Assembly (NCBI RefSeq): GCF_018977255.1
Contig: NW_024704743.1
Span: forward strand, 6,450,001-6,514,000
Length of the DNA: 64,000 bases
Source of the DNA: Callorhinchus milii
Lineage: Eukaryota
Direction: 5' to 3'
This document shows, piece by piece, positions 10,468 through 23,880 of this stretch. Every line of letters begins with the position of its first letter. Position 1 is the stretch's first letter. The translations under genes and the position numbers were made by a program. Under the pieces are notes generated by a model. It was not told the DNA's origin and made no database searches. It saw nothing but the letters and a program-made list of their open reading frames with translations.

Positions 10468-12275
10468 TGTTGGGGCGTCATCAGCAGTGCCCTGGAGTAC
10501 TGCAAAGTGACCTGGCTCGGAACTGGATTACTGCTTCTAACATTTCATTGCCAAGCATGTCACCTTCCTGCCATCAGCTCCAAAGAAACCCTGCTTTACC
10601 CCCTCCCCCACCTCCCTAACCCCACCATGAGGATAATTGCAACTTTGACCTGTGTTTTCAAGAGACGTTGCCTTACTGTTTGCTGATGGGCAGTCTTATC
10701 GATTTTAGTCATTTGTTGTGGTCATTGCTTTTCAGCTGGCACCCAAGTTAAACCATAGGATCATTCAATTACTCTGGTAATTTGTTTGAAACTCCTGGTG
10801 CCAAAGATCACAAGAGATTCAATTGCAACTTTGACCAGTGCATATTCATTTTAAATTAAAATATTTGAAAATTGTGAATGCTAAGTATGATTTAAGTATG
10901 CTATGTACTATTTTTATTTTTTCAAGGTAACTTTTAAGAATAAGACTCATTTATAGTTACGACATTACTTTGAGTAACTGAAACAAAACCTGCTCCACAG
11001 ACCTTCAATGTAGATAGAGCCCATCGAGATTTCCAGTTCTGAGCCAAAGTAAGCAACTATTCTACTAGAATCTGTTTTGCATCCTGCTGTTTGTATTGAA
11101 AAAATGGTGATAAAATTGGATAAGTTGTCCAAAAAGATTGCTGTTTGCTCTTGTCACTTGGTGATTTAACTCTGACATATCTTCTGTAGGCAGTAAAACA
11201 TGAATAAACTGTTTCCTGAATAGCATTGTCTTGTTTCACCGTATAAAGTTCACCTCACAGCAGTTAGTTCTTTACTTCACTCTTTAACCCTTGTTAATGT
11301 AATTCCCTTGTTCGTAAGTGTATCTTGCACCAAGCAGTTTTTAATCCATGAAACTCTACTATGTAATGTTCAGGCTAAACTATTTCATGTTTAGCATTAC
11401 ACTGGAGACACAAGAGCACTTACTATGAAAGAGAAGTGTAGACATCTAAGGCCTGCTTTGATCAGATTTTTTCAATCAGCTTTACTGTACTTCTAAAAGC
11501 TGAAGAATTGCACGCACTAGACAATTTTCCACCAACATTGTTGGAGCATGCTCACAATGTTTTGCTTTCACTGAATGTCAGAGTTTTCATTCATGTTATT
11601 AATGTTTATGCACAAAAATATGTTGTACCATTTTCATAAGTGCCTTATGCGTTTGGATGAGGTCAACAGCTCTCTGAAACATGTGTTCATAAATCTCACA
11701 CATAGCAATGGCCTGAGAAGGATAATTATGTATGTTGTCTTCTGGCTTGTGGGTTCTGAGCGCACATTTACTCTAATCAATATAAAGAATGATTTATTGC
11801 TCCGGGTTGTAAACTTGGCACTAGATCTAATAAACTATAGTCCATAAGGGTCATAATCTTGACATGAGGTATTCATAGGATTTTGTTGAGCAAATCAGAA
11901 AAAATCACGCACACGTTTTTATTAAAGGAACCTCCTTGCATTTTGCAGCCCAGGCAAAGCAGAAAGAGGAGAGTTTATTGCCAATACTTGTTTATATGTC
12001 AAAACTTTCAACCTAAAGTTCAAATGCTGTAAGTGCGGAATGGAAAACTATAGTAGATTCGGCTGTAAAATTAAATCCTATTACATGTAGTAGATCTGGC
12101 TAGAGAAAAAGGGTTTCTGATTGGACATATGTAAAATTGGCTGTGCAATTAATAATTGAGTTGGGAATAACAATTGGGTTTTTAAAAAGTTAATTTTAAT
12201 ATAATTTTTTTAAAACAAAGTTTGGGGGGGAGGGGAACCCATGGGAATAGTTGTTCCAGAATGTGGTTCGAAATA

Positions 12276-12630
12276 GTAATAATAATCCTTGCATTTGATA
12301 TAGCGCCTTATCATGTTGTTGAGATGTCTCAAAGCAGTACTGTAAAGTGAATTCACTGCATTTTGTGGGCGAGTCGCGGCAGCCAATTGTGCACAGAAGT
12401 GTCCCTGCAAGCAGTCAGGGATTGAGTGACCAAATATATTTTTTTAAGGGATTATTACCCCTGGAAAATCAATTGTCAATCGACTAACAACCGAGTTCCT
12501 ACTTACTGTTTGGTAAAGCAAACTTGTGTAGTAAGCAAACTTCCCTAAGGTTTCACCCCACCCGGCAATCAAACTTGGGTCCTTTCATTTGCAAGGTGAG
12601 AGCTCTAACCAATATGCTTGAGGGATCCAC
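12276..12630 (-). mobile_element. tRNA-headed SINE, full length
   Basis: Colinear with the copy at 59107-59474. Confidence 0.85.
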
Positions 12631-12979
12631 GGTTGTTGAGGTTTCTGTTACTAAATTAAGTCATTCCTCTATTTCTTGACCATTGTATATATTCTTCTAA
12701 ATCCAGACATAAGCTCCTATTCCACATAGTGCTCTCCTAACCTTCCAATCCTTTAACATATATCTCAGAATGTTCCTCTTATCAAACTTCCATTTAATTT
12801 TTTCCGGGTGTTGAAATTTATAAGCTTGATTTTTTTTGTTCAACTCTGATGGCTTTTCTTGTCTCTGCAAAACTAATCCAAAGCTTTGAACTAAAAAGCA
12901 AATTTTATTTTGAAATAAAAGCAAATAAATCATAACTGAGCTCCCATTTCAATGTACAGTAGAAACAAAGAAGAATTCC

Positions 12980-13376
12980 TTATTTGCCAAAATGTCTCAG
13001 AGCACTTTACAGTAATTACTGTAAAGTGCAGTGACTGTTTTTGTAGGCAAAAGTTGCAGCTATCTGCAGCACAGTAAGATTCAACAAACAGCAATGAGGT
13101 GAATGAACAATTTATTTGAAGGATTGTTGGCCAACGCATTACAAGGACATCTATTGTTTTTCTTTGAATAGTGTCAAGGCATCTTTAATACCTGAAGAAC
13201 AAATAGGACCTTGGTTTAATGTCTCATTTGAAGCATGGCATCTTCAACAAAGCAGTGTTAGCACAAGACTGCAATGAAGTGTCAGGATGGATTAGGGAGC
13301 TTAATTTCTGACATGGGGTTTGGTCCCACAACCTTTGGACCTAAAGGCATGAGTACACCCACTGGAGCTAAGCTGA
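12980..13376 (-). mobile_element. Deu-domain-like SINE (old)
   Basis: Reverse complement contains atgagacattaaaccaaggtcc...aaagatgccttgacactattc, resembling the DeuSINE central domain, plus the shared L2-like tail. Confidence 0.65.
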
Positions 13377-13799
13377 TAAAACAGCCAAATCTCCACCATT
13401 GTTGGTTATCAATCATTCCGGCTTTACTACAACATTCAAAATTGCCATTTTCCCTATCTTCTCAAAAAGTAACATCCTGAAATGTCTGCCAATTATTTTT
13501 GCCTAACTTTACTTTTCTTTAACATCAGATGTTCTTTTGTCCTTTCTGACAATGTGTTACGTGAAAGGTCAGTGTAACTTGTCTCACTTGTCTTCCTGCC
13601 AATACTATTCAAGGTCCAATGTTTGTCAAGTCATTAAATTTACAGTTTCTCTGATTACTGGAAAACGTGTATAGAACAGAATTCTAACAGATTCATGGAA
13701 AAGTGGGAGTCAGAAGGTTGAATTCTGCTGCATTTGTACGACTGTATATGGTAGTTAATAGCTGTGATATTGGCAGCAACTCTCCTCTAAAAGTTCCGT

Positions 13800-15000
13800 T
13801 TAAAAATGACCTTAGAAAACGTGAAGCATACTGGAGCCCTCTCTGCTCCTAACAGCACCTGAAGGATATGTAAAATAAATACAAATCATGCTGGGCTGAT
13901 GTCTCCAAGCTCTATTTAAATCTTTTCCTCTAAGGTTTGATCAAAGCTCATGGATCATTCAAGAGTTAAGGGAACTTTGAACAGAGAATTTTTAATATTA
14001 TTAAAATTTGGCTTGTGAGTACAGAGCCATCTGCAGCTCTACCAGTATATGACAGAGCATGCAGAACTTTCATAACATACAGATGGAGTGGGGAGGTCAA
14101 TGAGAGTGTGCACCGGACCTGAGTTCTAAACCAAATGGGAAGGTAGACATGGAGGTCATTGGACCACTAACAAGGTATCTATAAATTGATGATCACCTTG
14201 GACATTGTCTGGAGAGACCCATTTCAAAGTTGAATTGCTTCATCCATAATATACTGGACTAAAATTGGTTCCACTGCAGTTCAACATGGAGGGAATGTCA
14301 ATCAATACAGTAGCTGCAAAGGATAATTCAGTCACACAGGTAATAACATCATGAAGACATCACCAAAAATATATTTTATACATATCAGGTCTAATGTTCA
14401 AAAAGCAAGGCGGTCAAGGATGGGCAGTCTTGAAAATAGAATAATAATAACAATAATCCTTGCATTTAATATAGCACCTTATCACGTCTTCGAGATGTCT
14501 CAAAGTGCTTCACAGGATACAATGTAGTGACTGTATGTTTTGTGAGTGAACCACAGCAGCCAATTGCGCACAGCAGTGTCGGACAAACAGTTGTGGATTG
14601 AAGTGACCAAATTATTATTATTATTTATTTTGAAGGAATTATTATCCTGGAAAAGCAATCCGCCAATCGACTAACAAGCAGGTTCCTACTTATTACTAAT
14701 AAGAGGCATGATGTGTGGAGTAAGGAAACTTGCCCAACGTTTCACCCTGCCGGGAATTGAACCCAGGTCTCTTGCTTGCAAGGCGAGTGCACTAACCACT
14801 GTGCTACGGGAGTTCCGCTCTGCAGGACAAACTTGAACACAATCAACTGTGAGATAAGATTTCTAGATCTCTGATCTTATGTTTGTTTGGGACGTCTTCC
14901 CGATGTGAAAGACGTTATACAAATGTAATCTTCTTCTTGTTGTCTTGGCTCAGACTCAACCTATCATATAATGATAAAGAATGACAACCATCCTCATACA
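13800..15000 (+). mobile_element. Highly decayed Ty3/Gypsy-like pol relic (RNase H end and integrase)
   Basis: Ordered degenerate motifs across frames: ADVSKL, DHSRVKGTLNR, ACRTF, VDMEVIGPL, NQYSS, KTSP..H..SNVQ. Split by the SINE at 14441-14815. Confidence 0.45.
14441..14815 (-). mobile_element. tRNA-headed SINE, full length
   Basis: Head, central domain and (ATT)n tail all present. Confidence 0.9.
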
Positions 15001-16189
15001 ACTTTGAAGGAAATCGCCATTTAGTGCTGAATTATAGATAGTTGTTTCCTGCCCAAGTTAATTCCACACAGAAACCTTACAACCATCAGGTAGATGGTAG
15101 AATTTCATCCCAGAGATAAAAAGAAAGTATTCTAACTCGCTTCTCCCCTGTATCCAGGATAGCGGTTTCTGTGTTTATAATGTGGGATGGGAGGGATTGG
15201 GAACCAATCGACTCTTATTTCACTCCATTGTTTTGCTTTAATATTCCCGCTGGTGCCTTTGGCAAGTTTCCATAAACACGTCTTTATGGTTTTCAGGACT
15301 GAATGTCGGTGCAGATTTGAACAAAATGAATCAAAATATTGAGCAAAAAGTAATTTTTTCTGCAAAGATTAAAGCAGCAAGAAGATCCAATGAATATAAA
15401 TATTAACTCCCAGTGCAAATTTTAAACAATTCACCATTGTTCAGTGACTCTGTACAAAATCTTTTTAAAATATTTGGGGGAAAAAAAGCACTCTTTAAAA
15501 AATTCTCCATTTGTTGTATTTTCATTAAATGTTTTGTTTCAAGTGGACTATAAACCCAGCTGACCTCCAAGCATTGCACAGTGGTTGAATCGGTTGAATC
15601 AATGGGTTGGAGAACTCCAGTCGTGTGTAATATTTTGGAAGGAGGTAAATGTGATACATTTTATGAATGCAATAAATTTTCATTAATCGCAGGTTTGTCA
15701 GGATAATGTTGAAGCACATTTCATTACTGTATTGCAACGGTAGACACTGGGGAGATAAATTTGATCTAGCACCACTTCAGTACAATGGTGTCTGCTTACA
15801 GTCTGATTAGTGAATTTATGGATCCAGTGTAATATGGAGCACATGTATTATTCTTAGTGCTAAAGAACAAATCCTCCTGACATGCTAGCTTTGCTAGGTA
15901 TAAATAAAAAAACATATTGTTATCTAGAAATAAATCGTTTATGAAAAGATTCTCACTTAAGCATTAGGATTTGCTTTCACATTCTTATCCGTTAATATAA
16001 AGTGCTGTATAATCCTGCCAACATCTACCTCTCAGTTACAAATGTACAAAGTAGTGTCTTGGTGCTTTTGAAGCAATCCAGTGACATTTTTAAATATCCC
16101 AGTCTCCAGGGTAGGTTGGAGGCCAGCAAACATTTAAACAAAAATTGCACCACTCCTTGGGTTACCATAATAAAACAGTTGAATTTAAA

Positions 16190-16460
16190 CATCTCGTGGA
16201 TGGCTCAGTGATCTTATTCAGTAAGTAGCTGAGCCATTTGGGCAGAGCTAAATTAAGATTGCTGAATCTATAACTTGAATCCAATCTGTATGGCTTTGTG
16301 CTCCCTGAGTGGTGCTAATCCTGGCATATATTGAGTTAATTGATCTCAGTCTGGGGAGTTAGAAGGTACTATAATTGGTCTCTGTTCCCCAGGTTAGAGT
16401 GAAGAAAGTTAGCCAGGATTTCTGCTCTTGATTGCTAACCCCTGTTGGAACGTGCACAGA
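16190..16460 (+). mobile_element. Ancient SINE-like repeat
   Basis: Begins with A-box-like ggatggctcagtga. The body resembles a repeat I recall from shark genomes; not verified. Confidence 0.35.
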
Positions 16461-16479
16461 TATAAACAGCTGTAGAGGC

Positions 16480-16680
16480 CTAAAAATTTCACATATTCTT
16501 AGCTTTAAGCCTTAAAATTTATAAATTATGGAAAATTCTTAAATTCAGCCTAATTTTAGAAGCTGATGTTTTTTAAGAACTGGAGTAAACCAACTTCCAA
16601 ATTACGACTAAATTTTAAGAATTTTCTGCAGTTCGTCTTACATTTTGGATAAACCAATCTTACAGGCTAAAACTGCAACA
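16480..16680. repeat. Imperfect palindrome / MITE-like element
   Basis: Arms 16531-16565 and 16591-16626 are reverse complements. A related half-copy lies at about 45760-45830. Confidence 0.55.
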
Positions 16681-18659
16681 ACAACTTGCATTGTGGACGA
16701 GTTAGAATTTAAGTGACTCATGATTGTCTCCTTGTCTGTAATCCTCCCTCCGCCCAACAGTTAAATAGGCTGGAAACACTCATCACCCAGTAGGGCAGTC
16801 ATCTCCTGAACACCACACCCCAGTTGAAGGAAAACTAATCAAACCTCTTTTGGAGGGAAGAAATTGGCAAGAAAAAAACAATTTAATTATATAGTAGATG
16901 ATCTGTTCCTCCTACTTTGACTACAATTTAGAGTCAATCCCAACCTCAGGTGTTCTGAAGCTATGACATTAACAACAGTAGATGCAGTGATAGCCTCAAA
17001 GCAACTCCCACAATTCAGGTTCAATCCCAACTTCAGAAGTGCTGTCCAAATAAATCACCAGCTAGATATAGTAACTACCTCAAGGGAGTTTTACACTGAG
17101 CTCTATATAATGAAAATGGGACATTAGGAGAGCTCAGTTTTATATACTCAGATTGAAAAGCAAAATTTGAAACTTATTTCACTATGTATGTTCACTGGCA
17201 TCTATTGAGACAATCTTTTTACCAAGTAATGGATGAGGAGAAGAAATCACAAAGCTTGGGGAAATGTTAACTTAAGGGAAGTTTAAGGGCATAATAAGAT
17301 AATACAGTATTGATTGAACTATTAGAGTATAATAGGTAAAGTATTAACCAAAGGGTTACAGAAGTGGCCTCGTAAAATATGCCCTTGGGCTATCGTAATG
17401 CTCAGCGACTTTTCAGGATCAATGTTAACTATAATAGTCTGCAATTGTGGTCAATATTTATGTTCCATTAAAACTGCCACCTTTGGGAGGTAGCCTTTAC
17501 CATCCTTTTCCATGCTTATATGTGGCCAAATTTTAACTGTTCACTTGAGCTTTTATGGACAATATCAATTCAGCTAAAGGTTTCTCCAATCTCATTTCTG
17601 AACCATTCCCTTTAGGAAGAATATAATAATGGAAAGTGACTGCACATGTTGCTCTGTTTAAACAAGAGAATACATTTTTCCTGCGGAAAAGTAATTTTCA
17701 TAACTTTGCTGTGAGCTCCTTAAATACCAGATCTAATTAAGAGTAGTTCATGTGGGAGCCATGTGTGTATGTCTGCGTCCAAGTCATTTAATTTTCTTTA
17801 TTTTACATTTTGTGGTTATAATTAAATTTAGGATGTGATTTACTAATTACTTCAGCATGCCATCTGACAGGTTTCATTACTTGTAATGATTAGTAAGAAA
17901 ATAATAGCTCTAATGAAAGGAGAGTTTGATTGCAGGCACACCTTATTCTGTTATTTAAAATGTGTGATCAAATGAGAGGGAAGTAATCTGGTTTATTTCA
18001 GACTCTAGGTATGTATGGTGGGTCGCTGGAAATTTATATTTTGCTTGTATGCTGGATACATTCATCTCAGCATCTCACTCTATTAGGTTTGGCAAATTGG
18101 AACAACTGGGCTTCTTCAAGCAGAAATGTAGCCAGGCTATTATAAAAATGGTTTGCAAGAAGGAGCACTAGACGTAATTGTACTGAGTAAAATATTAAAC
18201 ATATTGGCATATGGATGGGTACCATAACAGCCTCTCATTTTTCAGTTTCATGCTGGGGAATGTAACCTCTGCACATTATGATCAATTATCACTGAACTGG
18301 AAGATAAATCTGTATATCAAAACACTGGCACAAAATGAGCTTTTATATTGATAGACAGGAACATAAAAACTGCAGTTTACAACAACACTTTATCTGCAGT
18401 GAACTATCCTTCCAAATAATAGTACATTGGGTGGAAATAGTACATTTCCTCCAAAAGACCAATGAAATCCAACCCAAATTAATTTATTTACCTGCATCTA
18501 TTAAGTGGCCATGTGAAATGAGTTCAGATCGTGTTGATTAGTCCCCGCTAGACATGGGCTCGCTAAATAAATTTGCCCCTAAATTTGCCAATTCATTCTG
18601 GTTTGGGAGAGAAAAAAAATCACACTGAAGTATACATCTGAGGTCTGACACCGTGGGCA

Positions 18660-19830
18660 GAAACAGCCTTGGTCAAAGGGACAAATGACATTTTGTCCAT
18701 CTATGACCAGGGCTCCCTCTTTCTCCTCGCCCTCCTTGACCTCTCTCTGCCTTTGACACTGTCGACCATTCTCGCCACCTCTCCTCTCACCTCCACCTTC
18801 ATGGTCCTCTCTGACCTGCTGACTTCCTACCAACCTGCCCGCTCCCTCCGCTCATCAGGCTCCGGCCTGCTCCATGCCTCCCGCCCGACCCGCCCTATCA
18901 TCAGTGGTCAGGCTTTCAGCCTCCCTACCCCCACACTCTGGAACTCTATCCCACGGTCCCTTCGCCTCGCTTCCTCCCTCGCCTCCTTCAAGGCCGGTCT
19001 CAAGACCCTTCTCTTCGACCGAACCTTTGGTCTCCCTCCCACCTCTCTGCCTTCCCTCACCCTAACACCACCCCTCCCCCACGCTCCGGCCCCGACATCT
19101 GACTGTTCAGCACTTTGGGACATCCTCCCGATGTCAAAGGCGCTCTACAAATGTAATTTTGTTGTTGTTGTTGTCTTGTCCTTCACTGGTTCAAATCCTT
19201 CCTTTCACACCCTCTTCACTTTGTCTCCATGAACAGATTCTCTGTCAGCTCCCGGACTGTCTCGTGCAGCGTTCCTCAAGGCTCTGTCCTTGGTTCACTC
19301 TTATTCAACTTGTATATGCTCCCTCTTGGTACATCATCCACAGACACAGGGTCAACTTCCACATGTATGCAGGTGACACCCAACTGTGTCTCTCTGCCTC
19401 AACACGAGGACCACTGCTTTGGGTCATCCTCCCAATGTGAAAGTCGCTCTATCAATGTAATTTTGTTGTTGTTGTCCTGACGGAACATCTGTCAGACATC
19501 AAGTCCTGATGAGAGCTAATTTTCTGTAGTTGAATGTCAACAAGACCAAAGCTCTCCTGATTGGTTCCGGTCAACACCTCCACACCTCAGGCCATGACAG
19601 CATCACCATCCATGGATGCACATTCCACCTCACTGAGCCAGACCGGAACCTTGGCATCTCGTTTGACTCCCAACTGTCCTTTCTACTGCCATGACCCGCT
19701 CTGCTTTCCCCCATCTCCACAACATCGCTCGGCTCCACAACTGCTTCTCCCCTCAAGCCACAAAGACCCATGCATTAATTACATCCAGGCTTGACTACTT
19801 TAACTCCCTAATTGTTGGCCTTCCCAGATC
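18660..19830 (+). mobile_element. L2 RT fragment with two nested L2 insertions
   Basis: ALVKGTNDIL...[13 protein letters not shown] and MYAGD motifs. Interrupted by an L2 3' end (about 18809-19173) and an L2 tail (19419-19473). Confidence 0.85.
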
Positions 19831-20319
19831 TTGTTCATGAAAGGCAAGTCAGTTGGAAAATCCAAATTGATTAGAACTCTTGTTCATGGGAGAACTAAAT
19901 AAGATGTTATGAAGATGATCACAAAGAAATTGGAAAACACACTGAGGCAGAACAACAATTTACATTTACATAGGGCCATCCAGACCAGGGTGATGTTTCA
20001 AAGCGCTTTACACAGCTGACTGTAAGCAGAGCCTGAGCTAAGGGGGGCAGGGTTCTGGGGAGGAGGTGGCTGAAGAACATGCCTTCCCAATATCTCCATT
20101 TTGACAAGATGATATAAAAAATATATATTACACAACATAAAAATAATTGCAGAATTTTCTAGGTCTGTTGATACCCTGAACATAGGCTGGTGGGCCAAAT
20201 GTCTGAGTACATAATGATATAAACTTTCTTGTTAATTTGACAGACTAGATTATACTGTCTTACCAAGTGCAGCTCTGATTGCCTTGAATTGCAAACCTAT
20301 CTGATTTGCTAACCCCCCC

Positions 20320-20642
20320 ACCCACTCATCCCACTCCCCCACCTGCTGCCTCCACTTGGCTGGCTCTGACCTCCTGTTTATCCCTCGTCCCCTCCACTCC
20401 ACCAATGGTGGCCGTGCTTTCAACCACTACGCCCCAAACCTCTGGAGGTCTCTCCCTCAATCCCTCCACTTAACTCCCTCCCTCCCCGTTTTCAAAGCTC
20501 GCCTAAAGACCTTCCTTTTTGATTGTGCTTACGTTCACCTCCGCACTCCTTCACCCCCTGGCTCTGGGTCAGGCTCCGCCACTGTCAAGCACTCCAGATG
20601 CTATCCCGCGTGATCTTATATAAATGCAAGTGGCTGTTGTCA
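20320..20642 (+). mobile_element. L2 3' end
   Basis: ORF 20356: GGRAFNHYAPNLWRSLP...FKARLKTFLF, followed by the tail. Confidence 0.85.
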
Positions 20643-23065
20643 TTGAATTATTTTTAGAATATGACTGTGAACACTTTTTAATGTGCGCCAGGGTATACAA
20701 CGAATATAGGGATTTCCAGTATTTATCATATTTTCTTTGGGTCAGCCGGTATCTGACACATGAGTATCTAAATCAAACTAAAATTTCCATGCATCCCACC
20801 TACACATGGAAATCCCAGAGATAGGTTGTTGGAATGAACACTCTCTCCCTGGGGGGATGCAACCTGCTTACCTAATTCCGTTTGTTGAACTATGTTGTTG
20901 AATAAATCAAACTAATTTGGTCAAATCTTTTCCAAAGGGGTGAATAGAGAAATTATGAATTTTTAATTATGGTTTATGAACATCTCCCTGTTGATATGTT
21001 TCCTAGCTAGTTATAACAGAATATATTTGAATTTGTGAGGGAAGCAGAATAGCTCTAAAAATGCCCAAATTGCTTCAAGAGGAGGGCTTGTGAGTAATGT
21101 CTTCTTGGCTGTGCGTATTGTAGACCTGGAAATGATTTAAATAATTTAAGCGGATAAAAAGTATTCCATGATGGGTGTTCATGGAAGTCTGATAGCAGTG
21201 AGTTATATGCCATCTCAGCCAGTTAACTGAGATGTCTTGTCAATGTCAATAACCCACTAGCTATGAGACCTCCACCCACCAAATCTACAGTACAGGCTGT
21301 TGACCAATCAGGTCATCCACCATGTCAATCACCATTCATTCCAATACCTATGTGACTGAGACTTTCTTTCTCCATTTCTGAAATTCACGTGTCTGATGAA
21401 AAGCGTTGACATTTACTTCTCCGCTTTCTCTTAATGTACAGCAGATTCATGGTAGCCGCAAACTGAATGCAAAGTGGAAGGTCAAGTGGCAAACTTGTTC
21501 CTGAATTTCCTTTCCTGAGGATGGTAATGAATTACAAGTATAGGGCCATCCATGTGTTGAATTGGGTAGGGGATTGTACTGGGCAGAATGCCAAATACCA
21601 TCAAGTATGTGACAGAGCAAACTCCAAAGTCCCTTGATTTCTCTACATTGCACTTTGGACTTGCTAGGAAAAATATAAGTGGAATCGTAGGGGTGGAAAA
21701 TGCAGTACACAATGTGATAATTATCAGTGATTGTTTGCGAAAAATAAGTTCAGCTCAACTTTCAATGTTTTTAGTAGACTTTTGATTTCCGCGAGAAAGG
21801 TTTGCATTTGTTTTAGTTTCCTTCCTTCTTTTCTTTTTTCCTTTCTTTCTTTGACCCAAGCCTTCGATCATCTTTCCCCTTTCACCCCTATCCCTTTGGC
21901 CCCCACCCCTCCTGAATCCAGCACCCAGTTCAGGTGCAAACCCTTGACTATCCAGTGCCTTGGGTTGGGATATCAGTCCGACTTGAAAGGCTCAAGATAA
22001 ATACAATTTGTTTGTTTGTTTGTTACAGGGTAAAATGGTTCAGGAAGAGAATTGTTAAAGCTGGGTCATGGTAATTGGATTCAGCCACTGATGGTTGAAA
22101 GGTGGAAGAGGAGAGCAAGCAGTAAGCCACATTTGGAAAAGCAGAAGGTAGGGGTTAGAATTTGGGGTTAGAAAAGATTGTATAGTTTGCTCAGTGATTC
22201 GGTGGAAGGATTTCAAAAAGAAATCAAGAAAGGCTGCAAAATCAATTCTCTGAGGTACTGGGAATCAATGGTACTGGAAGAGGGTGGGAATTGGAGGTGG
22301 TTAATGCATTTGTAGGCAGACAACTCAGACTGAAGTGATCTTTAGCATTTGAAGTTTCTGTAGAGTGGGCTAAAGAGGTTGCCAAGAAGAACTTTGGAAA
22401 AATCTATTCTCAAACAAGGGTGGGGATGAGGTAAAGGTATAACTGGCAACAATCTGGAAAAGGCAGACTTGGCATAGCACTGTATGCGGATGCAATAAAG
22501 ATTCTTCAAAATACTCTTTATTACTCCTGATATTTGTTTCTCCTTACGGAGGAATTCAGACCACATTTTTGGCTTTCACCCAAAAATAACAAGGTGTTTG
22601 AGTTTGCGGAACTGACAGTAACGATTAACTTACCTTATTGCACTGCAAATCTATTGAATGCCCCTTTAGAAAAACCACAACAGCTGCTTCAATAAATTGT
22701 TTTGTTTCATCTGAAGAATGAAGATGGAAAAACACCCCAAATTGTGAAGCCCACATGGAATTTCTCCATATTCATCTCCAATCTTGTCCCATTTGAATAT
22801 GTGAAGGCTCCTTCTTCTAGGCTATCCAGAAAGCAAATGATAAGTCCTACATCTTTAGCTCTCCCTCATTTAATTTACAATGAACTTTGAAACTTTATGC
22901 CATATTCTGGATTTCATTTGCTGAATTGGTTTGATTGCGTACAAATATATTGATGTGTAGTATTGATATTATAAATATACTTGGTTTGTTTCATAATAAA
23001 AGTGCTCCAGGATGCTATCCTACGTGAAGAGCGCTATATAAATGCAAGTTGTATTTGTAATAAGA

Positions 23066-23430
23066 CTTTGGAGACTTGTAGTGTATTGATTAAAGCACTC
23101 ACCTTGTCAACGAGAGGATCAGGGTTCGATTCCCGGGCAGGGTGAAACCTTAGGCAAGTTTCCTTATGCGTCTGTTCACCTAGCAGTAAGTAAGAATCCG
23201 GTTGTCAATTGATTGACAGATTGCTTTCTGGGAGTAATAATCCCTTCAAAAAATAAATAAACAATTTTCTCACTCAATCCACGACTGCTTGTGGGACACT
23301 GCTATATGCAATTGGATGCCACATTTGCCCACAAAATATAGTTAATCCACTTTATAATATATTCTGTAAAGCGCTTTGAGATATCTCAATGACATGATAA
23401 GGCATTCTATCAAATGCGAAGATTATTATT
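23066..23430 (+). mobile_element. tRNA-headed SINE, full length
   Basis: B box GGTTCGATTCCC, central domain, (ATT)n tail. Confidence 0.85.
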
Positions 23431-23880
23431 GTCAGTAAGAAAAGTAGTGGTCCTGGATTCAAGAGTAAAGGAAGGGAGATAGAGTTGGCTGTGATCTATA
23501 CATGTGGATATCACCATATAGATGGTGAAAAGGAGAGGACCGAGGATAGACCCCTGAGGAATACCACAAGCGGCTGTGCATGGGGCGCGGGAAGGAGAAA
23601 CCATTAAAAGAGACGAAAGGAAGACACTGAGATAGGTAAGAGTGAAAATTGGAAAGGACAGAACCATGGAGGTGCAGCAGGGAGGACAGATGGTAGAGAA
23701 GAGACAGTGAAGAAGGACAGAGTATTCGATAGTGTCAAAAACCGCAGAGAGATAAAGAACAAGGAGGTAAAGAAAGCCCAAGTCACAGATGGAAAAAGTC
23801 AAGGTGATTTTGACCAAGAAAGTCTCAGTGCTGTGGACAGGGTGGAAATTAGTTTGGAGGGGCTCAAGGAGAGATATATC
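23431..23880 (-). mobile_element. L2 RT fragment
   Basis: ORF 23410..23817: LSAVFDTIEY...GIPQGSILGPLLFTIYM. Confidence 0.85.

Noticed and set aside
22340..22570. 74-aa minus-strand ORF
   Set aside because: No convincing splice sites or recognisable homology. More likely a very old LINE linker remnant, but too weak to call.
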